Assembly: GCA_020348925.1 (NCBI GenBank)
Contig: CP070758.1
Location: 2,619,688-2,683,687, forward strand
DNA length: 64,000 bases
Direction: 5' to 3'
Source: Gemmatimonadota bacterium
GTDB lineage: Bacteria > JBHIER01 > G020348925
The notes under the pieces were generated by a model. It was not told where the DNA came from. It made no database searches and saw nothing but the letters and a program-made list of their open reading frames with translations. Made by a program: the position numbers and the translations under genes. This document shows positions 9,489 to 20,666 of this stretch, piece by piece. Every line of letters starts with the position of its first letter. The first letter of the stretch is position 1.

Positions 9489-12400
9489 ATGAAAAGGTGG
9501 TATCTGTTCTTATTCTGTGTGGTTTTTGGGGTTGCAAGTATTCAAAACCTTTATGCCCAGGAGGCTACGTTGAGGATTCTGGATGCTTCCGGAAATCCGG
9601 GGAGTGAACGGAATCCTGTCTTTGTGAATCTCTCCAACGGTACCAGCGCCAGTGTCGTCCAATTTGCTCTAAATTTCGACGGAACCGTTTTAACCGTCGT
9701 TGATGTCCAACCCACTGAGCGCACCGAGCATATGGGAACCTTCTCGTGGGAAGTGCTTGATTCGAATGCTTTTGTCGTGTTCATTCAAGATCTTTCGGGT
9801 GAGGTGATCGATCCTGGGGTAGGACCAGTTGCCACTTGTTTTGTTGATGTCGCGGAAGGCGGGCTCGGGAAAGACCTGCTTCTTCAACTCTCAGGTGCAA
9901 GCCTCTTTGATCCATTCTCGAATCCTGTTTCGGTGAGAACTGTCGATGGTATTTTCAGGGTTACTGTTCCCGATATATCTCTCTCTGCCCAGACGCACAA
10001 TTACGGATTCGTCTTAATGGGACAATCCCAGGAATGGGAAGTCACTGTGTACAACGATGGAACGGGTTTGCTTACAATTTCCGATGTTCATTCCGACAAT
10101 TTTGAGTTCGTTGTAACATCTCCGCCCTTCCCTCAGGAAATAGCTCCCCTCGATAGTTTAGATATTCTTATTGTTTTTTCACCTTCCCTGGAGGGACCAC
10201 GATCGGCTTCAATATCATTATTTTCAAATGATCCCGATGAAGGTCTGCTATTTCTCTCCTTAACTGGCGGTGGAACTTCGGTCGATATCGATCTTTCTGA
10301 TTTGGAGCATGATTTTCAGGCTGTAAGAATAGGGACCACTTCCGACTGGTCCTTCACAATATTCAATTTGGGGATTGAACATATTACGGTATTCAATATC
10401 GTTTCAACCCACTCTGATTTTGAAATTACGCATCCCTCATTTCCTCAGAACGTATCACCGGCTGGGAGTTTAGAGGTGATCCTGCAATTCGCACCAACAT
10501 CGATGGGGAAATTAGAAGGTATGCTCACATTAACATGTGACGATCCAGATGAGGGAACAATTCTCTTAAATGTTGAGGGCATTGGACTTGCCCCAATTAT
10601 TCAACCGTCTGTTACGAATTATGATTTTGGGGATGTCGAGGTTGGTGCTTCGGAAGGGTGGTTACTTACGATTTCGAATGATGGAACAGCTGATCTGACG
10701 ATTGAAGCCCTCACTTCAAATAACACTGAATTTTCTGTTGCGTTTCCTGCATTCCCTCAAACTATTCCGCTGGGAGGAAATATTGAAGTTGTCGTTTCAT
10801 TTGCCCCATCAGACATAGGTGAGAGAACCGGAATCTTAACCATCACAAGTGATGATCCCTTCGATCCAACATTGAATTTAACCCTGAGTGGTGAAGGTGT
10901 TCCTTCAGCCATACTCACCATGGGAAACGGTTCGGGAGCTCCAGGGAGTGTGAGTATTCAAGTTCCTCTTTTGCTTACCAATCGGAGAGGGGTCGCTGCG
11001 TTGCGATGTATCCTCAGTTACGATGCATCAAAACTGGATGTTTCCAGCGTTTCGCCGACGAATCGAACCGCTCACATGGGAATTTTCAATTGGACCGAAC
11101 CTCTAGCCGGGAAGATTGTTCTTCTGATCGAAGATCTGACAGATCGCGTGGTTTCCCCGAGTACGGGTGCTGTCGCCAATTTCTTTTTTGATGTTGACAT
11201 TTCGGCTTTGCCTGCGGAAGAGCCGTTAATGCTTTCAAATGTGGCTTTGTATGATATCGATGAAGGAGACATTTTCACTGTCTCTGACGAACCCGGTTCT
11301 TTCACAATTATAGCTCCGGATATAGCGTTATCTGATACAGATTATGCGTTTGGGTCTGTGCTATTGGACGCTACAGCTTCATGGACATTGACCATATTCA
11401 ACGAAGGGACTATCGATCTTACTGTCACGGGAGTGACGACAACGAACACCGATTTCATGGTCGTTGCACCCTCTTTTCCCCAGACAGTCGAAGCTGGAGG
11501 AGATTTGGAGGTGGCCATCCGATTTACTCCCACTTCCCTTGGTCCTATTACGGGGGCCATTACGGTTGTAAGCAACGATAGTGATGAAGGTTTATTATCC
11601 GTAACTCTGTCGGGAACTGGGGTAACTCCTAATATTATACTGTCAGCGTACAGTCATCATTATAGTGAAGTCATATTGGGTACGTCCTCGTCATGGACCA
11701 TGAAAGTATTCAATACAGGAACAGCCGATCTTTCTATCACTCATGTTACTACTGATCAGGCTGACTTTCATGTAGCAAGTCCAATTTTTCCTCAAAGTGT
11801 GAAGCCGGCTGACAGTCTCACGGTCTCAGTAAACTTTACGCCTTCCGTTTTAGGAAATATATCGGGAACACTTACTGTATTCAATAATGATCCAGAGGAT
11901 GGAGAATTGTCTGTCGTTTTGATTGGCGTGGGCACTGCACCGGATATTAATGTTTCTGAAACAAGTCATGATTTTGGTGAAATCGTGGTGGGAGGGATGA
12001 GTAGTTGGATGTTACGAATATCAAATATCGGGTCAGCCGATTTAACCCTTCAAGACATCTCTTCAAATCGCGCTGACTTTAGTATTGTGGCTCTTTCCTT
12101 TCCCCAGATAGTACCACCGGGTGGATACCTTGATGTTATGATTTCATTTTCTCCCACTATTGAGGGTTTCATTTCAGGTGAGTTAGTCATCACATCCAAT
12201 GATGTTGATGAGGGTTCTTTCTTTATCCCAATGCAAGGGCGGGGAATTGCACCTGATATACACCTTTCGGCAACGAGTCAAAATTTTGGATCAGTGCTAC
12301 TGAATAAGAGTCGGTCATGGACGTTCTCCATTCATAATCTTGGAGTCGTGCTTTTAAGAGTAAACGAAGTGATTTCAGGCACCTCTGATTTTCATGTAAT

Positions 12401-14606
12401 CTCTCCCACGTTTCCACAAAATATTTTACCGGGTGATACTATTGAGGTAAATCTTATTTTTCAACCGGTTATGCTTGGTGAATTGATAGATACGATCCGG
12501 ATAGTGAGCAATGATCCAGATGAGAACATCTTAAACCTTCAGGTTCGAGGCACAGGTGTGGCTCCTCATATTGAACTCTCAGCAGAGGCCTATGATTTCG
12601 GTAATGTCGTGGTTGGGCGAACTGCAAGTTGGACATTGACAGTGAGGAACAGTGGGAGCTATGATCTTCATCTCAACCGCATTTATCTTGCGGATAGTAC
12701 GAACTTTCAAATACATGAAGTTTTACTCCCGATAACGATCACTCCTTCTGCAAGCTCAAATTTCACCCTCAATTTTAAACCCCTGAATCCAGGAATAAAG
12801 ACGGACGAAATCACAATTGAGAGTAATGATCTCGACAATCCAGTGGTTACATTTTCTCTTACAGGTCGGGGATCTGCTCCTCCTGCGTTGACTGTTCTCG
12901 ATAGGAGAGGCGCACTTGGGAGTTCAGATCGGTTGGTTCCACTTGAATTGTCCAATGAAATGGCGATTTCGAAGATTGTTTTTACTCTTCAGTATGATTC
13001 CGGGCGTTTGATCACGTCTGAAATTCAACCTACAGTGAGAACCGATCATATGGGTACATTTACGTGGCGTGAACAGAGTCCGGGTATTATTGGAGTAACC
13101 ATTGATGATGAAAACAAAATTGTAGAACCAGGATCAGGATGGGTTGTTGAATTCCTTTTTGACGTGAGAAGTGATGCCACATTGGGAGAAATTCCAATGA
13201 CTTTGACCAATGTCACACTTTATGATACTAACGGAGTAATTCTCCCCAAAAATCTCTTTCACGGTACTTTTGAAATAGTTGAAACGCTCGAGCAAGTGAC
13301 TATTGCTATTCCCCATAGGAGTAAACCTGCCGGTGACACCTTTCAAATTCCAGTAAAACTGTTGCAGGACATCACAGGATTAAATGTTTTGGCCATGGAA
13401 TTTGTCATTGTTTTTAATCCAGAACTTTTGACGGCTATTTCGGTTTCAGACGAGGGCACTTTAGCGGATGCTTGGCGTGGAACGCCAAATGCTGAATATT
13501 TAGCATTTACAGCCATAGAAGAGGATCGAATTATTGGAGTCATTGCGGCAAACTTTTCACTGTGGGGAGAAGGTACTTTTTTAAATATTACTTTCGAAGT
13601 TTCTGAGGATGCTCAGGCTGGTGAGAAGAGTCCACTTCATTTCTTAAATTCTAAGGTAAATGAAGGTGATCCTCCGGCAGAATTTATTGATGGGTGGTTT
13701 TCTGTCGAATCTGTACCGGACATTGATTTCTCGTTTCGAGAGCACGACTTTGGATCGGTGGAAATCGGTGAATCTCAAGATTGGCAATTGACCATCTACA
13801 ACGTTGGAACCGAGGATCTCGTTATTAGTGATATTGTTGTTACGATTTCCGACTTTACTCTGAGCGATATAACTGTGCCGCAAACGTTATCTCCAGATAG
13901 CCATCTTAATACCACGGTAGTTTTCAGTCCTCAAAGTCAAGGCCAAATAACAGGTGAGCTAAGAATTACAAGTAATGATACTGATGAACCCACAGCGTCT
14001 CTTTCGCTGCTGGGTGTGGGCACGCCTGGAGTCGATGTGCAATTAGCATACTTCTCTGGATACTGGACCGGGAGGGATGTTCTTCTGAAGTGGACATTCG
14101 CATCGTATGATGATGTGTTAGGTTTTCATGTTTATCGAAAAGGAGAAAATGAAATTGAATATTCTCGTCTAACGGCAGAACCGTTGATGTATGATGGGAA
14201 ATCTCTTTTCCGTGATATGGAAGTCCCGGGTTCGGGATTGTATTCCTATCGACTCGCAGCAGTTGACAATGAGGGTTTGGAAGAGTTATTGGGAACTGTT
14301 GCAGTGAAGGTGGGTGAAATAGGTAACTTATCATATTTTCTATCTCAAAATTTTCCTAACCCATTTAATCCTAAAACACGGATCGAATATACTCTCGAGA
14401 AAGCGGATCAGATTTCTCTTTCCATATACAATGTAATGGGTCAAAAAGTACGCAACTTGGTCTCTGCACGTCAAGGAGCGGGGCGATACACAGTTTTTTG
14501 GGATGGGACGAATGATAGTGGAGAAGCTGTTCCAAGCGGAGTTTATTTTTACATATTGGAAACTATGCATTTCCATGAAACGAGGTCGATGCTCCTCTTG
14601 CGTTAA
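9489..14606 (+). CDS. Large scaffoldin-like protein: 4 cohesin-like modules, 9 ASH/choice-of-anchor-D Ig repeats, FN3-like module, CTD
   Basis: Order Coh-ASHx3-Coh-ASHx5-Coh-Coh-ASH-FN3-CTD; ASH repeats P.I.LS...(H/Y)DFG.V..W...I.N.G...L...FPQ...F.P....SND.DE...L.G.G. Confidence 0.85.
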   Translation: MKRWYLFLFCVVFGVASIQNLYAQEATLRILDASGNPGSERNPVFVNLSNGTSASVVQFALNFDGTVLTVVDVQPTERTEHMGTFSWEVLDSNAFVVFIQDLSGEVIDPGVGPVATCFVDVAEGGLGKDLLLQLSGASLFDPFSNPVSVRTVDGIFRVTVPDISLSAQTHNYGFVLMGQSQEWEVTVYNDGTGLLTISDVHSDNFEFVVTSPPFPQEIAPLDSLDILIVFSPSLEGPRSASISLFSNDPDEGLLFLSLTGGGTSVDIDLSDLEHDFQAVRIGTTSDWSFTIFNLGIEHITVFNIVSTHSDFEITHPSFPQNVSPAGSLEVILQFAPTSMGKLEGMLTLTCDDPDEGTILLNVEGIGLAPIIQPSVTNYDFGDVEVGASEGWLLTISNDGTADLTIEALTSNNTEFSVAFPAFPQTIPLGGNIEVVVSFAPSDIGERTGILTITSDDPFDPTLNLTLSGEGVPSAILTMGNGSGAPGSVSIQVPLLLTNRRGVAALRCILSYDASKLDVSSVSPTNRTAHMGIFNWTEPLAGKIVLLIEDLTDRVVSPSTGAVANFFFDVDISALPAEEPLMLSNVALYDIDEGDIFTVSDEPGSFTIIAPDIALSDTDYAFGSVLLDATASWTLTIFNEGTIDLTVTGVTTTNTDFMVVAPSFPQTVEAGGDLEVAIRFTPTSLGPITGAITVVSNDSDEGLLSVTLSGTGVTPNIILSAYSHHYSEVILGTSSSWTMKVFNTGTADLSITHVTTDQADFHVASPIFPQSVKPADSLTVSVNFTPSVLGNISGTLTVFNNDPEDGELSVVLIGVGTAPDINVSETSHDFGEIVVGGMSSWMLRISNIGSADLTLQDISSNRADFSIVALSFPQIVPPGGYLDVMISFSPTIEGFISGELVITSNDVDEGSFFIPMQGRGIAPDIHLSATSQNFGSVLLNKSRSWTFSIHNLGVVLLRVNEVISGTSDFHVISPTFPQNILPGDTIEVNLIFQPVMLGELIDTIRIVSNDPDENILNLQVRGTGVAPHIELSAEAYDFGNVVVGRTASWTLTVRNSGSYDLHLNRIYLADSTNFQIHEVLLPITITPSASSNFTLNFKPLNPGIKTDEITIESNDLDNPVVTFSLTGRGSAPPALTVLDRRGALGSSDRLVPLELSNEMAISKIVFTLQYDSGRLITSEIQPTVRTDHMGTFTWREQSPGIIGVTIDDENKIVEPGSGWVVEFLFDVRSDATLGEIPMTLTNVTLYDTNGVILPKNLFHGTFEIVETLEQVTIAIPHRSKPAGDTFQIPVKLLQDITGLNVLAMEFVIVFNPELLTAISVSDEGTLADAWRGTPNAEYLAFTAIEEDRIIGVIAANFSLWGEGTFLNITFEVSEDAQAGEKSPLHFLNSKVNEGDPPAEFIDGWFSVESVPDIDFSFREHDFGSVEIGESQDWQLTIYNVGTEDLVISDIVVTISDFTLSDITVPQTLSPDSHLNTTVVFSPQSQGQITGELRITSNDTDEPTASLSLLGVGTPGVDVQLAYFSGYWTGRDVLLKWTFASYDDVLGFHVYRKGENEIEYSRLTAEPLMYDGKSLFRDMEVPGSGLYSYRLAAVDNEGLEELLGTVAVKVGEIGNLSYFLSQNFPNPFNPKTRIEYTLEKADQISLSIYNVMGQKVRNLVSARQGAGRYTVFWDGTNDSGEAVPSGVYFYILETMHFHETRSMLLLR

Positions 14607-14639
14607 TTTACTTTGAATAGACTAAAAAGGAGGTATCTT

Positions 14640-16079
14640 TTGCGGGACTGGAAGATCAAAATGTTCATGACGCGGCGTTTCTGGAGCATTTGCATGCTCA
14701 TCATGTGCTCAATGTGTTGTGGATGGGGGTGGCAGGATTCGAATGCTGATACAAGCGAATCAGTCGTTGATACTGGAAAAGTCCGTATCCCTAATGTTTG
14801 GGCTATGCCGGGGGATACAATTGAGTTGCCTATTATTATTTTGTATGATGTTACCGGATTAGATATTTTTTCGATCACGGGAGATTTAACATTTGATCCA
14901 TCTCTTATCTCCTTAACAGGAGACACCGTAATTACAGAAGGCACGCCGAGTGACAATGAAGTTTGGGCTTGGTTTTTCATATCAGCCATGGTTGATACCA
15001 ACACATTCCGCATGGTTTGGGCTGCCGTAGAATCTCTGGAGGGAAGTGGACCTCTTGTTTATGTGCAATTTCGCGTGTCACCAATGGCACAACTTGGTGA
15101 GGTCAGTCCTCTTTGGTTAGAATCTTGGAATTTTAATGAAGGAGATCCGGCAATTGAGGTTTTTGATGGGGTCTTTTCTGTTGGGCAACCTCCACGCATC
15201 GAGCTCTCAGAGACGATTCATGAATATGGAACCGTCGATATTGGTCAGAGTGCGGAGTGGATACTGCGCATTACGAATGTAGGAGATAATTTTCTTGATA
15301 TATATACTATGGAAACCGATAGTGTACAATTCGAAGTTCTTGAACCTTTTTTTCCTCAATCGATCAATGCTGGGAATACGATTGAAACAACCGTTACTTT
15401 TACACCAGACTCTAATGATTCTATTGAGGGTAATTTACGGCTAAGTTGTAATGATTTAGATAATCTAATCCTAAATATCCCCTTGGGGGGAATAGGGCGT
15501 GGGACACATGTGCAACTTTTATCTTTTACTGCTCAGTTTCATGATGATAAGATTTTCATAAACTGGATAACCTCTGAGGAAAGTTGTCATTTAGGATTTA
15601 TTCTCTACCGTAGCTGTTTTCCTGATAAAGATTTCAAACCAATCAATACTGAATTGATTGCTGGGGGTCCTTCGTATGTTTTTCTGGATGATTCTCCAAA
15701 GGGGGAAGGTATTCATTACTATAAACTTAGTTCTGTGGATGTGAACGGATATGAGGAAACCGTTGGTTTTACTTCAGTAAAAGTGTTTTCTATGACACCT
15801 ACAACTCATTCACTTCTTCAGAACTACCCAAATCCATTTAATCCTATTACTTACATTACGTTTGAAGCACCAAAAGAGGAGTATGTGACCTTAAGTGTTT
15901 ACAATTGTTTAGGGCAAGAGATTCGGAAGCTTTTTGAAGGTCATGCGGATTTGAATCATAATACTGTATCCTGGGATGGTTTGGATAGTAAAGGAAATAT
16001 TCTTCCGAGTGGAATCTACTTTTGTAGGCTTCAGTCTTCCATGGGCATTAGATCAATGCGAATGATGCTTTTACGATAG
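14640..16079 (+). CDS. Secreted cohesin + ASH + FN3-like + CTD protein
   Basis: TTG after AGGAGG (ORF call begins 14613); architecture mirrors the last four modules of the large scaffoldin (TGL..F.P.L..EGT..NEGDP..DG.FSV). Confidence 0.8.
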   Translation: MRDWKIKMFMTRRFWSICMLIMCSMCCGWGWQDSNADTSESVVDTGKVRIPNVWAMPGDTIELPIIILYDVTGLDIFSITGDLTFDPSLISLTGDTVITEGTPSDNEVWAWFFISAMVDTNTFRMVWAAVESLEGSGPLVYVQFRVSPMAQLGEVSPLWLESWNFNEGDPAIEVFDGVFSVGQPPRIELSETIHEYGTVDIGQSAEWILRITNVGDNFLDIYTMETDSVQFEVLEPFFPQSINAGNTIETTVTFTPDSNDSIEGNLRLSCNDLDNLILNIPLGGIGRGTHVQLLSFTAQFHDDKIFINWITSEESCHLGFILYRSCFPDKDFKPINTELIAGGPSYVFLDDSPKGEGIHYYKLSSVDVNGYEETVGFTSVKVFSMTPTTHSLLQNYPNPFNPITYITFEAPKEEYVTLSVYNCLGQEIRKLFEGHADLNHNTVSWDGLDSKGNILPSGIYFCRLQSSMGIRSMRMMLLR

Positions 16080-16104
16080 GACAATTGTCCAAAACTATGA
16101 TAAA

Positions 16105-16782
16105 ATGTTGATGAATAGTGTTGAACAAGAAAGGAAGAGTAAAGAGATAACAGCATTGATTTGTCAGCTTCAAGGTGTGCTCTCTGCTCATGTCTCCTTT
16201 AATGGACAGGAAGAACTGGAAGAGATTCATGTTTTAGCGAATCGTGGTCGATCACCGAAGCAAATTGTTCGCGATATCGAATCGATTTTAGTTACACAAC
16301 GAGGTCTGCGGGTTGATCACAAAAAAATTAGTGTGGCCCAGATTGAAGGAGAGTCGACTGCTTTAAAAGATGGATCTCGAATTAAATTTGTAAGTGTAGG
16401 CGTTTCTGTCCCTGGCCTTGAAAGTAAAGTAGAGGTTGAACTTACCAAGGACAATGTTCCTTCCCTCGGAGTTGCCGAGGGACCAGGATCGGAATTGAAT
16501 CAATTGCGCTTAGTAGTTGAGGCCACCTTAAAAGCGATCAGGAACTTTTTAGATTCAGATCATACGTTTGTTTTCGAAAGTATTAAGTCTATAGGCGAAG
16601 AGAGAAATATTATCATTGTGACAATAACGGCACTTACACCGAGAGATGAACGAAAACTTATTGGTTGTGCCTTTTCTGAAGGGGATCGTAATAAAACAGC
16701 TGTTTTTGCTACATTAGACGCGTTGAACCGGTATTTGGAGAGATGGTTAAAAGCTTCGTGCAATTCGGGGCAAAATATATAA
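16105..16782 (+). CDS. Conserved hypothetical protein
   Basis: EIHVLA..RSPKQIVRDIES..VDHKKISVAQ motif; C-terminal ATLDALNR resembling a LeuA-regulatory-like fold. Confidence 0.7.
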   Translation: MLMNSVEQERKSKEITALICQLQGVLSAHVSFNGQEELEEIHVLANRGRSPKQIVRDIESILVTQRGLRVDHKKISVAQIEGESTALKDGSRIKFVSVGVSVPGLESKVEVELTKDNVPSLGVAEGPGSELNQLRLVVEATLKAIRNFLDSDHTFVFESIKSIGEERNIIIVTITALTPRDERKLIGCAFSEGDRNKTAVFATLDALNRYLERWLKASCNSGQNI

Positions 16783-17026
16783 GGCCGACATCAAAAATGT
16801 GTTTACCAATGGTTATCACTAAAGTTTATTGAGCGGAGCGGTTATCAACCGAGCGAAGCGGTTTACAAGCCCGTCTTTTAAATGAATTTCGGGTAGTGTA
16901 GATTGCGAAAGGGGGTTGATACCGTGNNNNNNNNNNNNNNNNNNNNNNNNNNNNNNNNNNNNNNNNNNNNNNNNNNNNNNNNNNNNNNNNNNNNNNNNNN
17001 NNNNNNNNNNNNNNNNNNNNNNNNNN

Positions 17027-18680
17027 ACACGTCGCTGATACTGACCAGACAGCTCGTTGAGGGCGAGGCGGGAACGGTCCAGGCGTGAGTGCTGTCGTCG
17101 GAGGTGCCGGCCACAACCGTCTGCCAGATGAATCCGGCGTCGGTCGAATACTCAATCTTCACATAGCCACTGGTGTTTTCGGAGGTCCAGGTGATGTTCA
17201 CGCTCTCCCCGGCACACCGGATTTCACCGTCATCGGGCGAGGTCACCGTGATCCGGCACTCCTCGCCTGGTGCTGAGATGCGGCTGTAGTAGACGTCCTG
17301 CTCACCGTTGAATGTCGCCGCCCAGGCCAGGTGGGCGCCGGTCGAATCCGAGATCATGTGAAAGTAATCGCCCATTTTCTCCTGCTGAGGCCAGCCGACG
17401 TGCGAATTGAATGCCTCGGACAGCCGTACATTCTCGGACCAGGTGACGCCCCCATCTGTCGAGCAGGAGTAGTAGAGAGAGGAGTTGTAGCCGTTGCCGT
17501 TGCCCTGGACGACTTCAGCGCGCGTGTCGAGCCAGACGACGTCGATGCGCCCGTCAGGGGCGACGGACATGGTGCCGAACCACTGCCAGGCGTCAGTGCC
17601 CGGATCGTCGTTGACGCGGATCGGCGGGCTCCACGTGACTCCTCCGTCAGTGCTCCTCGAGAATATGACGTCGAGGGGGTCTTCGGAATCGTAGGGGACG
17701 ACTGAGCACAGCAGATAGACGTTGCCCCGGTTCGGACCGGACGAGTGATCGACGGCGATCCAGACCTGCCCGAGCAATCCGCTGGGATTCGGGCCTGCGC
17801 CGAGCACAATCTCACCACCCAGGGAGACCGCCGTGGAAAGATCCCACGTCACTGTCTGGCCGGGGTTCTGGGCGTTTGTCGATTTCAGCACGATGAAGTT
17901 GCCGTCCGAAGCGCCGCAGACGTAAAGCTCACCGTCGTTTCCCACGGTGAGGACGCCCCAGTAGGGCTCCTCCGGGATGACCGAACAGTCCTCGAAGCTG
18001 AGGCCGCCGTCGGTCGAGCGTGTGAAATTGCCCGGATAACAGGTGCTGTAACGGGCGTCCCAGTAAGCGTATATGTTCCCTCTGCCGATGCCGGTCGTTC
18101 TGTCTATAGCCATCCACTGCTTGTCGCCGCCCCGAGCGAAGGTTCCGGAGCCCCACGTGGCACCGCCGTCGGTCGACGTGAACACGTCGCAGACCCGGTT
18201 ACTGGTCAGACTGTTGAAGAAGAAGTTGCCCTCCGCGTCGTAATCCAGCACTGGGTCCGATCGGAAGACCCCCGGATCGATCACACCGGGAAACGTCCAC
18301 GTCCGGCCGCTGTCCGTAGTGTAACCCCAGCCGGCCTGGCGAAAGTTGCTGTAGATTGTGTCGAACTGCCGCCAGCAGATGGCCATTCGGCTCGGATCGG
18401 TCGGGTCAACGGCTATTGTAGGCTCGTTTGCGGCATCACCGAGAATGTTCTCGCCGCTGACGGTAACATTCACCTGGGCTGTGAATATTCGATCCGTTGA
18501 AAATCGGTAGGCGGGTGACGTTTGCCATTCAGTACGCAGAACAGTGATATATTCATCGTCGAGGTACTCGTGACGCATGCCGGACGACAGCGGGCCAGGT
18601 GTGTCCTGTCCGGTACCCTGGGAAAAGGGAGGGAGTGCGAGAAAGAGGATGATCGGAAAAAGACTGATGCCCGTATGCAT
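17027..18680 (-). CDS. Secreted BNR/Asp-box (sialidase-like) beta-propeller protein plus Ig-like module; 3' end lost in gap
   Basis: Repeated STDGGxTW Asp-boxes, NEPTIAVDP, DKQWMAID, GDYF; ATG 18680 with GAGGA RBS. Confidence 0.85.
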
Positions 18681-19408
18681 TTCAGTCCTCCTTAGGAAAG
18701 GTGGTGGTTGGAAAAAATACACATCGGATTAATCGATGGAGAGACGGAAAATCGAATTTTCTGAGAAAAACCGGATGAGGGGATATCATGTACCAGTGAG
18801 AGCACGGATCACCTCTCATGTTCTGTTAGAATGAACGCCAACCCTCCCGAAACAATTTAAACAATGATGACGGATCAATCAAGAAATTAGTGCGTAAAAC
18901 GGGAAAGTATACCGGATATGGTCAGGACGTCTCAGGAGGTGAGAAAAGGTGTCTCGTATCAAGGTATTCAGGAATAGGCCTCATACGAAATAAATTCTGG
19001 GCAAGCGTTTTGACCATCGAAAAAAAGCGTTCAGGTCGGATTTCAAAGGGAATTATTTATCGATTGGGGTCGGACCAAAGAAAGTTAGACGGCTCACTCC
19101 ACTGTTTTTCCAGACTCATCCCCCGCTAGGGCGGGGGATGCAGACACGGAAAAAGCAAGAGCTTATCCTGAGCGAAGTCGAAAGGCTCCGTTCGTCTGAC
19201 GGTCCAGCGACTCACGTTTCAGGGCGGTTTTAACTCGATCCCAAACTGGAGGTTGTGAACGAGAAAAAGGATGCAGACAAACCATACCTGCCACGATGAA
19301 TCCTCGCACTCCAAATTTTCCAACCAATGAAATTTTTTCAATCAATGAGTTTGCTTGGAGTGAACTGATTTATTTTTTCGGTCTTTTTCATCATACTTGA
19401 AAAAGTGC

Positions 19409-19437
19409 TTGACAGAATATTAAAAGTATTGTACTTT
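19409..19437 (+). promoter_or_regulatory. Putative sigma70 promoter
   Basis: TTGACA-17-TACTTT; downstream gene unclear because of the gap. Confidence 0.4.
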
Positions 19438-19900
19438 AGATGGCAGGAAAATAACCAAACTGGGAAACAAATGATAGACATCCGGACTTTGCCACAGTTT
19501 TTCAGAGTGTTCATTTAAATACCGTGAGCGAATAGATGAGACATTTTAGAGAGCTATTAAAGAGCTGAGAAAATTTAATTTTTAAGGCCTGACCCCGATT
19601 CGTATAGAAGGAGGTTGGGGATTTATTTGAGTGTTTATTATAGCACAGTGAGTAAATGGGTGAGAAAGACGGAAGTGAACAGATCACGACGCAAGAACCA
19701 CCCTGATTATACTGGATGAGATCGACCGTCCGATGCCCAAAGAGCGGGAGTCAATAATCTACGAACTACTGCAGTTGCCAAAAACAGGCCTCTTCTGCAT
19801 NNNNNNNNNNNNNNNNNNNNNNNNNNNNNNNNNNNNNNNNNNNNNNNNNNNNNNNNNNNNNNNNNNNNNNNNNNNNNNNNNNNNNNNNNNNNNNNNNNNN

Positions 19901-20226
19901 ATGAGGCCATCGCCTTCGGTCACGGCTCGATCTTCGTGGTCAAATCCGAGGATCTGGTGCCGGCCGAGTACGGTCTGGCTCAGAATTACCCGAACCCGTT
20001 CAACCCGGTGACGTCGATCGCCTACAGTCTGCCTCAGGCGGCCAAGGTCAAGGTGTTTGTCTACAACACTCTGGGCCAGGTTGTGGCCGAGCTGGTGGAC
20101 GGTGATCAGGAGGCCGGCCATCATGTGGTTACATGGGACGCGGCGGATATGGCCAGCGGTGTCTACTTTTACCGAATCGAGGCCAACGACTTCACGGCCA
20201 CCCGGCGGATGGTACTGATGAAGTAG
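19901..20226 (+). CDS. 3' fragment of a secreted protein (CTD only)
   Basis: AQNYPNPFNP..WDA..SGVYFY..RRMVLMK directly after the gap. Confidence 0.85.
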
Positions 20227-20277
20227 GAGAGATTGAAAAGCATGTCCTGAGCGAAGGCGAGGGATCAAAAAAGAACG

Positions 20278-20315
20278 AAAGCCGCCCTGGTTTTGAGACC
20301 AGGGCGGCTTTTTTT
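20278..20315 (+). terminator. Rho-independent terminator
   Basis: GCCGCCCTGGT/ACCAGGGCGGC stem, flanking A-run and T-run. Confidence 0.9.
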
Positions 20316-20465
20316 GGAGAATGCAATGATGTCTCATTGCGACATATGTGACGAGACGGTGAACCGTTTCACTCCGGGGAAAGCCGCCCGAAGTATTCAA
20401 AATTTCGGGCGTCTGTCCGTCAACAGGATCATGATGTGTAAGAAGTGAAAAAATATAAAAAATAC

Positions 20466-20494
20466 TTGACAAACATATGTTTACATCGTAATTT
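20466..20494 (+). promoter_or_regulatory. Putative sigma70 promoter
   Basis: TTGACA-17-TAATTT upstream of the 20667 gene. Confidence 0.5.
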
Positions 20495-20666
20495 AATTCT
20501 GATTTGTCAGAAGCCCTGTATGAATTATTGTTTTATTGTTTCATGCTGAGGGGCTTGTATTGCCGAAAAGGCGCAATCGATGAACTCTTTTCATAGTTTC
20601 AGTATCCTTGTTTTGCAAAAACCAGACACATCTTTTTTATTATTGATTCTGATGGGAAGGAGGAGA

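Noticed and set aside
16878-17026. ORFs and operons spanning N gaps (also 22729, 22985, 48384, 61828 calls)
   Set aside because: Uniform 100-N spacers join unrelated sequence, so fusions and adjacency across them are unsupported
19733-19800. Gene start MPKERESIIYELLQLPK
   Set aside because: Only 22 codons before the gap; cannot be supported or identified
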